From NCBI GenBank assembly GCA_050053595.1, contig JASFTK010000001.1, positions 25,842 to 89,841 on the forward strand: a DNA stretch of 64,000 nt, written 5' to 3'. Of this stretch, positions 38,187 through 47,363 are shown piece after piece. A program made the position numbers and the translations under genes. The DNA is from Candidatus Bathyarchaeota archaeon (GTDB taxonomy: Archaea; Thermoproteota; Bathyarchaeia; TCS64). Within the stretch, counting starts at the first letter, position 1; each line of letters begins with the position of its first letter. A model generated the notes under the pieces. That model was not told where the DNA came from, searched no databases, and saw only the letters and a list, made by a program, of their open reading frames with translations.

Positions 38187-38534
38187 GTGGTGGGAGTGTC
38201 TAGAGACGAGGAACTGGAAAAGCTTAAACAGCGCAGGTTGAGGGAGCTGCAGAGCCAGCAGCAACAGCAAGAGGAGCTCCAGAGGGCTCAGCTTGAGGCT
38301 GAGGCAAAGAAGGAAGCACTCCTCAGACAGATCCTCACCCCTGAAGCCCGTCAGAGGCTCACCAACATAAGCATGGTCCGCCCTGACTTTGGATCCCAAC
38401 TTGAGGTCCAACTCATCCAGGTAGCCCAGAGTGGCAGGTTGAACCTACCGATCGATGACAAAGCGCTCAAACGATTGTTAGCCCAGATCCAAGCCCGGCA
38501 GAGCAAGAGGGATATAAAGATAACTAGGAGATAG
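38187..38534 (+). CDS. PDCD5-like DNA-binding protein
   Basis: [13 protein letters not shown] motif; conserved position after rps19e. Confidence 0.93.
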   Translation: MVGVSRDEELEKLKQRRLRELQSQQQQQEELQRAQLEAEAKKEALLRQILTPEARQRLTNISMVRPDFGSQLEVQLIQVAQSGRLNLPIDDKALKRLLAQIQARQSKRDIKITRR

Positions 38535-38538
38535 ATGT

Positions 38539-38697
38539 ATGGCGAGAAACAAGAACCTAGCTTTCAAACTCCGCCTCAACAAGGCGGGTAAACAGAACAA
38601 ATCCGTGCCCGCATGGATTATAGCCAAAACCCAGGGCGAGGTCCGCTGGAGCCCTAAGAGCAGAAGGCACTGGCGGCGCTCCAAGCTGAAGGTCTAG
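38539..38697 (+). CDS. rpl39e: 50S ribosomal protein L39e (absent from the ORF track)
   Basis: [31 protein letters not shown]...[11 protein letters not shown]. Confidence 0.95.
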   Translation: MARNKNLAFKLRLNKAGKQNKSVPAWIIAKTQGEVRWSPKSRRHWRRSKLKV

Positions 38698-38709
38698 GAG
38701 GGGAGGGCG

Positions 38710-38973
38710 TTGTCAGCAGAGGAACGGATCTACACCGTCCCCCTCGGGAGGGCATGGGTGGCTCCCCCCTACAAGAGGGCGGACAGAGCCATATCGCTGC
38801 TCCGTAAGTTCGTCCAGCGCCATATGAAGCCAGAGGGAGTTATTATCGACCCCAGCGTCAATGAGGTCATATGGGCTAAGGGTATTAGGAAACCCCCAAG
38901 GAAGCTCAGGATAGTGCTCTCTAAAGACGACGAGGGCATTGTCACGGTCTTCCTAGCGGAGGCTGAGGAGTGA
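38710..38973 (+). CDS. rpl31e: 50S ribosomal protein L31e
   Basis: ERIYTVPL, KRADRA and NEVIWAKGIRKPP motifs. Confidence 0.96.
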   Translation: MSAEERIYTVPLGRAWVAPPYKRADRAISLLRKFVQRHMKPEGVIIDPSVNEVIWAKGIRKPPRKLRIVLSKDDEGIVTVFLAEAEE

Positions 38974-39179
38974 GCGCGACCAAAACCTTCAGGGTCTCAG
39001 GGCGTATAGACAAGCCCGGTTTATTCGATCCCATCACATTCAACAAGGAGATTGCAGCGGTGAAGAAAGCCCACGCATTAGAGAAGATTTACGCAGAGAT
39101 GGGCAGCCGCCACAGGGCGCAGAGACATCAGATCACCATCATATCAGTCGAGGAATTTGAGAGCATGGAGGAGTCCTGA
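38970..39179 (+). CDS. rpl18a: 50S ribosomal protein LX (L18Ae/eL20)
   Basis: F.KEI.A...HALEKIYAEMGSRH motif. Confidence 0.92.
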   Translation: MSATKTFRVSGRIDKPGLFDPITFNKEIAAVKKAHALEKIYAEMGSRHRAQRHQITIISVEEFESMEES

Positions 39180-39181
39180 CC

Positions 39182-39625
39182 TTGGCCGGGTCGAGCCGTG
39201 AGGAGCAGTTCCGCAAACTGGTCTATGAACTACAGATGATGCAGGGCTCCGCTGAGACGCTCCAGCAGAGACTCGGGATTCTCCAGAACGCCCTCTCTGA
39301 CCTGAACATCGCGAAGGAGTCCATTGAGGCTCTCAAAGAGGTCGAGGAAGGGGACTCGATCCTCGTCCCTATGGGCGGAGGCGCCTTGGTCAACGCAAGA
39401 CTTGGGGACCTGAGCAATATCATGGTGAACATAGGGGCTGAAGTCTCCATCGAGATGGGCCTAGAGGAGGCGGAGGAGAATATCTCAAGCCGCCTAGAGG
39501 ACACCGACAAGGCCAGCCAATCAGTCCAGATGCAACTTCAGCAGATCCTCAGTCAGATGGAGCGCCACAGGAATACCATCAACAGGATAAGTGAAGCCCT
39601 CCAGGGGGCGGAGGCCGGTGTTTGA
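39182..39625 (+). CDS. pfdA: Prefoldin alpha subunit
   Basis: Coiled coils flanking ILVPMGGG..V.IGA; operon position. Confidence 0.92.
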   Translation: MAGSSREEQFRKLVYELQMMQGSAETLQQRLGILQNALSDLNIAKESIEALKEVEEGDSILVPMGGGALVNARLGDLSNIMVNIGAEVSIEMGLEEAEENISSRLEDTDKASQSVQMQLQQILSQMERHRNTINRISEALQGAEAGV

Positions 39626-40529
39626 GAAGCTCAGACAGGGCCTCCGAGGCGTAGTCGACAGGATCTCCAAGAGTGATCTCGACGAGAAGGACCTCGAACC
39701 TATTCTATGGGATCTCCAGCTCCAACTCATCTCTAACGACGTTGCCATGGAGGTCGCCGCCAAGGTCTCAGAAGACCTCAAGGAACGCCTAGCGGGCACA
39801 GCGGTGACCCGGTTCTCAGACAAGACAGGCCCCATCAGGGTAGCCCTGAAGGAGAGCATCGAAACGGTCATGGCCACGGATAAGCAGCCGGAACTGGTCG
39901 ATCTTGTCTCGGCCAAGAGAAGCCTTGGGGAGCCTTATGTCATCCTCTTCATAGGTATCAACGGTACGGGGAAGACCACCACCATCGCCAAGATTGCCCA
40001 CCTGCTACTGGGGGAGGGCTACAAGGTTGTACTGGCGTCTGGGGACACCTATCGGGCGGGGGCAATAGAGCAGCTGGAGGAACATGGACGCCGCCTCGGG
40101 GTCAGGGTGATAAAACACAGGTACGGCTCAGACGCCGCGGCGGTGAGCTTTGACGCGGTCCAGCATGCAAGAGCTCAGGGTATCGATGTCGTCCTCATTG
40201 ACACTGCGGGCCGGATGCAGACTAACAGGAACCTCATGGATGAGCTGAGTAAGATCAAGAGGGTGGTCCAGCCTGACCTTACCCTGATGGTGTTGGATAG
40301 CCTCATCGGGAATGACGCCGTCGAGCAAGCCCAGACCTTCAACGAGCGGGTTGGATTCGACGCCGCGATACTGACCAAGGTAGATGCCGACGCCAAAGGG
40401 GGTTCCAGCCTCAGCGTAGCCTATCTCACCGGGAAGCCCGTCATCTACGTCGGCGTTGGCCAAGAATACCCAGACCTTCAGCCTTTCAGGTCTTCGTGGT
40501 TCGCCGAGAAAATTATAGGCGATACATAA
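39618..40529 (+). CDS. ftsY: SRP receptor FtsY
   Basis: GINGTGKTTTIAK, DTYRAGA, DTAGR and TKVD motifs; GTG start after GGAGG. Confidence 0.96.
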   Translation: MFEKLRQGLRGVVDRISKSDLDEKDLEPILWDLQLQLISNDVAMEVAAKVSEDLKERLAGTAVTRFSDKTGPIRVALKESIETVMATDKQPELVDLVSAKRSLGEPYVILFIGINGTGKTTTIAKIAHLLLGEGYKVVLASGDTYRAGAIEQLEEHGRRLGVRVIKHRYGSDAAAVSFDAVQHARAQGIDVVLIDTAGRMQTNRNLMDELSKIKRVVQPDLTLMVLDSLIGNDAVEQAQTFNERVGFDAAILTKVDADAKGGSSLSVAYLTGKPVIYVGVGQEYPDLQPFRSSWFAEKIIGDT

Positions 40530-40563
40530 AGGATTTAAGGCCGCTCTCAGTATGTGCGCTAAG

Positions 40564-40740
40564 ATGGGTCTGGGCAGCTTCTTTCAATCGGCATCCCGCC
40601 TTATTAGGACTCTCAGTAGACCTGATTGGAAGACCTACTCCCTCAGCCTCAAGATCGTCTTCGTCGGGGTCGCTATCCTAGGTGCCATCGGTTATTTGAT
40701 CAGGCTGTTATCTGCAACGATCCAGGGCATACCCGCCTGA
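40564..40740 (+). CDS. secE: Protein translocase SecE/Sec61-gamma
   Basis: RL....RPDW..Y....K....G..ILG.IGY.I pattern; follows ftsY. Confidence 0.88.
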   Translation: MGLGSFFQSASRLIRTLSRPDWKTYSLSLKIVFVGVAILGAIGYLIRLLSATIQGIPA

Positions 40741-40748
40741 TACCCTTC

Positions 40749-40889
40749 TCACAGATCAGAGGACTGCTGGTTCTCCGGTTCTCTGTCATAGGGATAGAGC
40801 ACATAGAAGACCAACATTAGAACAATTACAGCGACTACGCCTATACCGAGTATATACTCAAACTCTAAGAACGCCAATGCAGGATCCAA
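40749..40889 (-). CDS. 46-aa single-pass membrane microprotein (absent from the ORF track)
   Basis: GGAGG SD 7 nt before TTG; MDPALAFLEFEYILGIGVVAVIVLMLVFYVLYPYDREPENQQSSDL*. Confidence 0.6.
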   Translation of the reverse strand: MDPALAFLEFEYILGIGVVAVIVLMLVFYVLYPYDREPENQQSSDL

Positions 40890-41127
40890 CTCGTAGCCTC
40901 CAGACTAGATAACTCCACAAGTTGAGCATTAAAACCTTCCCCCGCGTTCGGGGATACGAATAAGGTTTTTCAACCTCTGAAAGACTGGGGTTATGATGAA
41001 CCTAAGGCCGCCCTCAGGTCAAGGTTTTCATAGAGATGTTTAGAAAGAAGAGGGGGTCATTAGGAGCTTAAGGTTAACTGTGTAGCGGTTCGCCAAGCAG
41101 TTGGGTCGTGGAGTGGTTTGACGGATA

Positions 41128-41691
41128 ATGAATGAGAGGAAGCGGAGGGTGGCGTGGGGGATTACGGGGGCAGGGGATCTACTCAAGGAGACTCTTGAGG
41201 TCATGGAGGGACTCAAAGAGGAATACGGGGGATCTGTGGACATCGAAGTCTATCTGTCCAAGGCTGCCGATCAGGTTACCCGGTTCTACAGGGTCAACGA
41301 GGGGCTCAGGTCAACTTTCAGTAAGGTCATGGTAGAGAGAGATGCGAACACCCCTTTCATCACGGGAGCCCTCCAGTTAGGGCGTTTCGAGTTTCTCCTC
41401 ATCGCCCCTGCGACGAGCAACACTGTCGCAAAGCTCGCTCACGGTATCTCCGACACGATGCTCACTAACGGGGCGATCCAGGCCCTCAAAGCCTATGTCC
41501 CTGTCTACATCATGCCTGTCGACTACCGGGTTGGCACCGTCATCACCACCCTGCCCAGCGGGAAGAAGCTGGAGCTCAGAGCGCGGAAGGAAGATGTTGA
41601 GAACGTGAACAAGATCGATGCGATGGACGGGGTCACCACTTTCGAGAAACCTGAGGAGATCGAGCGTATTTTCCGTGAGAGTTTCGGATAA
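41128..41691 (+). CDS. afpA: Archaeoflavoprotein AfpA-like (HFCD flavoprotein family)
   Basis: VAWGITGAG, APATSNTVAK and YIMPVD motifs. Confidence 0.82.
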   Translation: MNERKRRVAWGITGAGDLLKETLEVMEGLKEEYGGSVDIEVYLSKAADQVTRFYRVNEGLRSTFSKVMVERDANTPFITGALQLGRFEFLLIAPATSNTVAKLAHGISDTMLTNGAIQALKAYVPVYIMPVDYRVGTVITTLPSGKKLELRARKEDVENVNKIDAMDGVTTFEKPEEIERIFRESFG

Positions 41692-41696
41692 CGCGA

Positions 41697-42890
41697 TTAG
41701 GCCTCTTCCTCTTTCCTCATGATAGCGATGGCGGGTAGGGCTGGGACATTGATGGCAGCGAGGATCAGGAAGATGGTGGAGAAGGGGAGGCTCTCCCCCA
41801 CGAGGCCCACCATGGCGCTCCCCAGGGTCGCCCCCAACCCCCAGATACTGGAGAGATAGGACATCGCCATCGTCTTAATCTCAGGGGTGACCGTGTTCGC
41901 TAGGGTAGCCCACTCAGTCACCGCCCGGGTCCCCCAGCACACCCCGAAAAGTAACAGGGCTAATACCAAGGGAACTACCCCCGTCGCATACGCCACCGAG
42001 ACGTAGACCATTATGAGGGTGGCAAAGGCCCCAATCAATATCTTTCTAGGGCCTACCCTGTCGGCGACTCTACCCGCCGGTAACTTGATGAAGGCATTGG
42101 AGAACCCGACCAAAGAGAACAGGAGGGAGGCAAAAGAGGGGGTGAAACCCAGCTCCTGGACAACGTAGACCGCGAAGAGGCTTGTGAAGACGGTGTTGGT
42201 CATCGAGAATGCAGCCCTGATAAAGGTCAGGACCAGGACGTTCTTGTTCCTCAGTATGACCTTCAGCGTAGAGAACGTCCCCAGCTTCTCTTGGGGATAA
42301 TCTTTCTCAGAGGAGTTCCCTCCACTCTCTTCTGGCCTATGGATAAGGAAGAGAGCAAGGCCGGTTGCGGGAAAGACGGCAGTAACGAGGTAGAGTTGCC
42401 TGTAGCTTATATAATTCACTAGGGCACTTGCGATGAACGGGCCGACGAACATCCCCATTGACATGAATGTCATATATCTACCCATAGCATCCCCCTGCCT
42501 CCTTGCAGGGGCCATGTTGGATGCTGCTGACATGGCGAGTTGATTGTAGGAGCCGCCAGCGATGATCATATAGAAAGGGATTATGTACAGCCAAGTTGGG
42601 TTGGGGACGAAGGCGTATAGGAGGGGTGTGGTTATCTGCACGATGAAAGCGATAAGGAACATCTTATTGTGCCCTATCCTGTCGGCGACCATGGTTAGAG
42701 GGATCTTCATCACTATCATCAGTATGGACTGTATTGCGAGGAATATCCCCACCTCCGCCAAGGAGCCCCCTATCTCAAGGACATAGAGGGTGAAGATGGG
42801 TCGAGTGGTGAACCTTGAGAGCTGGAACAGAAAGGAGGCCACTGAGATTACATAGAAACCTAAGGAGAAACCACTCGCTTTCTGCTCCAA
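41697..42890 (-). CDS. MFS transporter
   Basis: ADRIG and GRVADRVGPR motifs; 12 TM. Confidence 0.9.
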   Translation of the reverse strand: MEQKASGFSLGFYVISVASFLFQLSRFTTRPIFTLYVLEIGGSLAEVGIFLAIQSILMIVMKIPLTMVADRIGHNKMFLIAFIVQITTPLLYAFVPNPTWLYIIPFYMIIAGGSYNQLAMSAASNMAPARRQGDAMGRYMTFMSMGMFVGPFIASALVNYISYRQLYLVTAVFPATGLALFLIHRPEESGGNSSEKDYPQEKLGTFSTLKVILRNKNVLVLTFIRAAFSMTNTVFTSLFAVYVVQELGFTPSFASLLFSLVGFSNAFIKLPAGRVADRVGPRKILIGAFATLIMVYVSVAYATGVVPLVLALLLFGVCWGTRAVTEWATLANTVTPEIKTMAMSYLSSIWGLGATLGSAMVGLVGESLPFSTIFLILAAINVPALPAIAIMRKEEEA

Positions 42891-43071
42891 AATCGTCCAA
42901 CTCTATTACTCTCCCGTGATTTTGTTGGAGATTGATAAAGGTTTTCACTAATAAGTGCATAATAGACGCTGCAACGGGAAACATAGAAAGAGTGAAAAAC
43001 GTCGCTGTCTGTCGCTGGGAAATATATATAACCGCGCGCTCGACTTCTACGGTGAAACCGGACGTGGTATA

Positions 43072-43536
43072 ATGTCCGAACAGAAGCCCCGAACCCAGCT
43101 CTACGCAGTAAAGGTGACCATGGGTCAAGAGAAGAACGTAGCCAAGATGCTCGCAGACAAGACGAGGGTAGAAGGCATCCCCATCGTGGCTATCCTCTCC
43201 CCCGTCGAGCTGAGGGGCTATGTCATAGTTGAAGCAGCCGCGCCCCATGCAGTGGACGAGCTCATCAGGGGGATGAGGCACACCCGGTCTAGGGTGCAGG
43301 GTCTCGTCAACCCCTCAGAGGTGGAGCACTATCTCGAAACCAAGTCCGTCGTTGAGGGCTTGGAGGAGGGGGCTCTGGTAGAGGTCATCGCCGGTCCATT
43401 CAAGGGGATGGAGGCCAAGATCGTGAGGGTCGACGAATCGAAGGAGGAAGTCACAGTCGAGATCCTTGAAGCCGCCTTCACTCTCCCCATAACTGTCCAT
43501 GCTGACTATGTCCGGGAGGTAAAAGGAAGGTCATAG
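43072..43536 (+). CDS. spt5: Transcription elongation factor Spt5/NusG
   Basis: VKVTMGQE, GYVIVEA and KOW motif VEVIAGPFKG; start reassigned to ATG 43072. Confidence 0.96.
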   Translation: MSEQKPRTQLYAVKVTMGQEKNVAKMLADKTRVEGIPIVAILSPVELRGYVIVEAAAPHAVDELIRGMRHTRSRVQGLVNPSEVEHYLETKSVVEGLEEGALVEVIAGPFKGMEAKIVRVDESKEEVTVEILEAAFTLPITVHADYVREVKGRS

Positions 43537-43537
43537 A

Positions 43538-44026
43538 ATGGTAGAGAAGACATTCAACTTTATCGTCAACGGCGGCGAGGCGAGCGGAGGCCCCCCCATA
43601 GGACCAGCCCTAGGCCCCCTCGGCGTCAATATCATGCAGATTGTCGCTAAGATCAACGAGGAGACCGCGGACTACAAAGGGGTCCCCATCCCCGTCGATG
43701 TCACCATAGACACCGACACCAAGGAGTTCGAGGTCAAGACTGGGATGCTGTCCACCTTCGCCCTGATCACCCAGTTCCTCGAGGTATCAAAAGGCTCATC
43801 GACCCCGAACGTTGACTACATCGGTGATCTAACCATCGACCAGGTCGTGGACATCGCCAAGAAGAAGTGGGATGGCCTATTCGCGGTCTCCCTTAAATCA
43901 GCCGTTAAAGAGATAGTGGGGAGCTGTCAGAGTATGGGTGTCACCATTGAGGGTCAACACGCCAAAACAGTCCAAGAGATGATATCTACAGGGGTTTATG
44001 ACTCCAAACTGGCTGAGACCGAGTAA
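43538..44026 (+). CDS. rpl11: 50S ribosomal protein L11
   Basis: GGEASGGPPIGPALGPLGVN and GSCQSMGV motifs. Confidence 0.97.
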   Translation: MVEKTFNFIVNGGEASGGPPIGPALGPLGVNIMQIVAKINEETADYKGVPIPVDVTIDTDTKEFEVKTGMLSTFALITQFLEVSKGSSTPNVDYIGDLTIDQVVDIAKKKWDGLFAVSLKSAVKEIVGSCQSMGVTIEGQHAKTVQEMISTGVYDSKLAETE

Positions 44027-44068
44027 AGTTTTATAGTCTGTCTATGGTGAAGACAAGGGGAATTTGAT

Positions 44069-44713
44069 ATGTCGGTCCGGAAGGACGAGATAATGGACTT
44101 CCTCGCGAAGGCGAGGGAGATAGCCCCTCCCAGGGGCTTCGAGCAGTCCGTTGACCTGACCGTCAACTTCAGGGACATCGATATGAGGCAGCCCGCCAAC
44201 AGGGTAAACCTCAGGATCCAGGTGCCCCACGGGGTCGGCGGCCAGAAGGTACTGGTGTTCGCACAGGGGGACCTAGCACTCAGAGCCCGTAGAGCTGGCG
44301 CAGACCGGGTGGTCGAGCCCGCTGAGCTCGACGAGATGGCTTCCGACAAGAAGGAGGCGAAGAATATACTCAAGGACTACGATGTTTTCGTCGCCGAAGC
44401 GCCTCTGATGCCCACGGTGGGCAGGGTCGCGGGCCCAATCCTGGGCCCCAAGGGGAAGATGCCTACCCCGGTGCCCCCCCAGGCGCCCATCGACGCTATC
44501 TTGGAGAGGGAGCGTCGGACGGTGATCCTGAGGAGCAGGGAGAGGCTGTTCGTGAAATGTAAGGTGGGTCAGGAGTCGATGTCTGACGAGGAGCTTGCCG
44601 ATAATGTTGAGACGGTACTCAACAGTCTTCTTGACACCCTGAAGCGGGGGCGGAATAATATTAACTCAGTCTATCTGAAGCTTACCATGGGTCCAGCGAT
44701 CAGGATGGTGTGA
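44069..44713 (+). CDS. rpl1: 50S ribosomal protein L1
   Basis: FEQSVDL, LGPKGKMP and KLTMGP motifs. Confidence 0.97.
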   Translation: MSVRKDEIMDFLAKAREIAPPRGFEQSVDLTVNFRDIDMRQPANRVNLRIQVPHGVGGQKVLVFAQGDLALRARRAGADRVVEPAELDEMASDKKEAKNILKDYDVFVAEAPLMPTVGRVAGPILGPKGKMPTPVPPQAPIDAILERERRTVILRSRERLFVKCKVGQESMSDEELADNVETVLNSLLDTLKRGRNNINSVYLKLTMGPAIRMV

Positions 44714-44716
44714 TAG

Positions 44717-45574
44717 TTGTCGCAGGTATCCGATGAGAAGATCGAGATCGTCGACGCCACGGCGAAGCTGCTTGATGAATACAAGCTCATAGGCGCAGCC
44801 GATTTGAACAAGGTGGGGAGCGAGATGCTCCAAGATCTCAGGAAGCAACTCAGGGGTCAGGTGCTCCTCAGGGGTATAAAGAACACCCTTATGCGTATCG
44901 CGATGGACAAAGCCAACTTTGAAGACACTGAGGATTTCCTAGAACTCATCAAGGGCCAGAACATCTACATATTCTCCAATGGCAATCCCTTCCGCCTCGC
45001 GATGGCCCTCCACAAGAACAAGGCCAGGGTATTCTCAAAGACAGGGGACATAGCCATAGAAGATGTAATGATCCCAGCGGGGAACACCGGCCTCAGCCCC
45101 GGACCCATCATCAGCAAATTTGGGTCTCTCGGGATCAGGACCCGCATAGAGGCCGGGAACATCTGGGTCGTCAACGACACCGAGGTCGCTAAGGCGGGGG
45201 ATGAGATCTCTGAGGATCTCGCTGATCTTCTCGCCCGTCTGGGGATCAGGGCATCAGAGATGGGTCTTGAGATTAAGGCCGTCTACGAGGATGGGGTGAT
45301 AATCCCCCGGGAGGATCTCCTCATCGATATTGAGACGTACCTGGATAGGCTCACCAAGGCTTTCAGTGGCGCATATCAGGTAGCCCTTAAGGCTTCTTAC
45401 GCCACCCCAGTCACCATCAAGCCCCTCCTCTCCAGGGCAGCCCAAGACGCGAAGAAGGTCGCCATGGAGGCCGCTTGGATGACGCCGGAGACCGCCTCCG
45501 AGATAATAGCCCAAGCGAATGCAAAGGCCGTGAACCTCGCCAAGGCAGTTGGTAGGGCTCAGGCCGACCTCTAG
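44717..45574 (+). CDS. rpl10: Ribosomal protein L10/P0
   Basis: KNTLM, NPF.L and IPAGNTGLSPGP motifs; no acidic C-terminal tail. Confidence 0.95.
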   Translation: MSQVSDEKIEIVDATAKLLDEYKLIGAADLNKVGSEMLQDLRKQLRGQVLLRGIKNTLMRIAMDKANFEDTEDFLELIKGQNIYIFSNGNPFRLAMALHKNKARVFSKTGDIAIEDVMIPAGNTGLSPGPIISKFGSLGIRTRIEAGNIWVVNDTEVAKAGDEISEDLADLLARLGIRASEMGLEIKAVYEDGVIIPREDLLIDIETYLDRLTKAFSGAYQVALKASYATPVTIKPLLSRAAQDAKKVAMEAAWMTPETASEIIAQANAKAVNLAKAVGRAQADL

Positions 45575-45704
45575 CCCGTATACTCCATGCTGGGGTACAA
45601 TCTACTGACGGGTATTTTTTAGGGGGTTACCCATTCGGGGGTTCATGGTCTGATAACGTCGGAGTTTATAAGGGGCCGCATGATTTTGTAGCCTGATCAG
45701 GTAT

Positions 45705-46016
45705 ATGGGTAAGAAGCTGGTGAAGAGCGAGAGCGACATCCGGAGGAGCATGCTTATGCCTAATAAGAATGATATCCTTGGCATCGTAGACAAGAATCTA
45801 GGATTCACCAGGATGAGGGTCGTCTGCCAGGATGGTCATAGGAGGATGTGCCGGGTCCGTGGTAAGATGAAGAAGAGGAACTGGGTCCGGGAGAGGGATG
45901 TTGTATTGGTCTCGCCTTGGGAGTTCGCTTGGGAGCGGAAGGGGGATATCATCTTCCGTTATACGGCCAACCAGGCCCACTGGCTCAGGGAGAAAGGCTA
46001 CCTCACTATAGGCTGA
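45705..46016 (+). CDS. eif1a: Translation initiation factor aIF-1A
   Basis: CQDG..R.CRVRGKMKKR.WV...DVVLVSPW..KGDI..RY. Confidence 0.96.
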   Translation: MGKKLVKSESDIRRSMLMPNKNDILGIVDKNLGFTRMRVVCQDGHRRMCRVRGKMKKRNWVRERDVVLVSPWEFAWERKGDIIFRYTANQAHWLREKGYLTIG

Positions 46017-46118
46017 GGACAAGGGTAGCTCACCTCAGTGGGCTGCATAGTAATAACTGGATTTTTTCCCACAGTAGACATGAGGCCGGTTGCACCGGCA
46101 GTATGTTCTCCCTGAGGG

Positions 46119-46718
46119 TCACATCCTGAAGGGCGCTCTCAACCCCTTCTCGACCAGTTTCCTCACCACTGCTGCCTTCAACTCCCCCACGCCTTCACCC
46201 GTCCTCCCGCTTACGGGATACATGGCTATCTCCGTCCCTGGGGGGATCATGCCCACTATACTCTCAAAGGTCTCATTTAGGAGGGGTTGGGGGTCTCCCC
46301 TGATCTTATCTATCTTGTTTGCAGCGATCACCAGGGCGTCCTGTGTGTTCTCCGTGATGAACTGGATCATCTCCAGGTCGATGGGTATGAAACCCTTCCT
46401 CTCCAGCCTCCTAGAGACTTCCCGGAACGTCGATACATCCAGAACGTGCACCGCTACGGCGATGTCTCTCCCCCGGGTCTCGATGAAGTCGATTATCTCG
46501 TCCTTAATCCTGCCCTCCTGTCTCTTAGGAGCTCCCGAGATCCTGCCGTATCCCGGCATGTCCACCAGAGAGAGGTGCTTCCCCACCTGATAGGTCAAGA
46601 TCCTCCTGGTTGTCCCGGGTCGCTTCCCCGATCTGGTCTTTATCCCGGTCATCAGCCGTATGATGGTGCTCTTCCCTGAGTTGGGCCTACCAGTGAAGAC
46701 TAGCAGTCTCTCGCTCAT
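46119..46718 (-). CDS. engB: Archaeal EngB/YihA-family GTPase
   Basis: GRPNSGKST, PGTT, DMPGYG and NKID motifs. Confidence 0.88.
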   Translation of the reverse strand: MSERLLVFTGRPNSGKSTIIRLMTGIKTRSGKRPGTTRRILTYQVGKHLSLVDMPGYGRISGAPKRQEGRIKDEIIDFIETRGRDIAVAVHVLDVSTFREVSRRLERKGFIPIDLEMIQFITENTQDALVIAANKIDKIRGDPQPLLNETFESIVGMIPPGTEIAMYPVSGRTGEGVGELKAAVVRKLVEKGLRAPFRM

Positions 46719-46766
46719 ATCAGAGTATTATGGGGACCGTCCTTAGTTATCTTATCCGTTCACCGA

Positions 46767-46847
46767 CCCCATGAACGCCCCACCTAGCCTCAGGGGGTTC
46801 TCAAAGAATCCCCCTATCGCGCTGGTGGGTGATGCCCGACATCGGGG
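46767..46847 (-). ncRNA. Candidate K-turn-containing hairpin RNA
   Basis: Three nested stems; on the - strand GCGAUAG opposes CUGA between stems. Confidence 0.4.
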
Positions 46848-46930
46848 ATTATAGGGTGAAAACCTTTATACGCCCAGACGTTTTCACAGTTTACGCATTC
46901 CGGAACCCGGACCTACAAGGTGAAAGATAA

Positions 46931-47362
46931 ATGAGCGAGCTGAACAGGGCGGTCATCAACGCCGAAGGCCTAATCCTAGGGAGGATGGCGAGCGTCGTGG
47001 CCAAGAGGCTCCTCGAGGGGGCGTACATAGACATAGTTAACGCGGAAGGCGCAGTGGTCTCGGGTAAGCGGAAGATGGTCATCAACGAGAGGAAGGAGTT
47101 CCTAGAGGTTGGAGGGCCTACCAAGGGACCTTTCCACTACAGGAAGCCCAACGCCATCGTCAGGAGGACCATACGGGGGATGCTACCCCACAGGAAGCCC
47201 CGCGGCCGGGACGCCTACGGAAGACTCAAGGTCCACATCGGGATCCCACGGGAGTTTGAAGGAGCCGAAGCCGAGAGCATCGAGAGCGCCAAGGTCGATA
47301 GGCTCAAAGGGCGGTATGTCACCGTGGGCGAGATAGCAGAGAACATAGGTTGGAAGGTTTAG
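46931..47362 (+). CDS. rpl13: 50S ribosomal protein uL13
   Basis: ILGRMAS.VAK.LL, GPFH..P and RGMLP motifs. Confidence 0.97.
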   Translation: MSELNRAVINAEGLILGRMASVVAKRLLEGAYIDIVNAEGAVVSGKRKMVINERKEFLEVGGPTKGPFHYRKPNAIVRRTIRGMLPHRKPRGRDAYGRLKVHIGIPREFEGAEAESIESAKVDRLKGRYVTVGEIAENIGWKV

Positions 47363-47363
47363 T

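Noticed and set aside
40993..41045. Box C/D sRNA (ATGATGA at 40993)
   Set aside because: No CTGA box D at a suitable distance downstream
46771..46833. Eukaryote-type SECIS (ATGA...GA on +)
   Set aside because: Stem geometry after the core does not fit, and no neighbouring gene shows an in-frame TGA at a conserved Cys position
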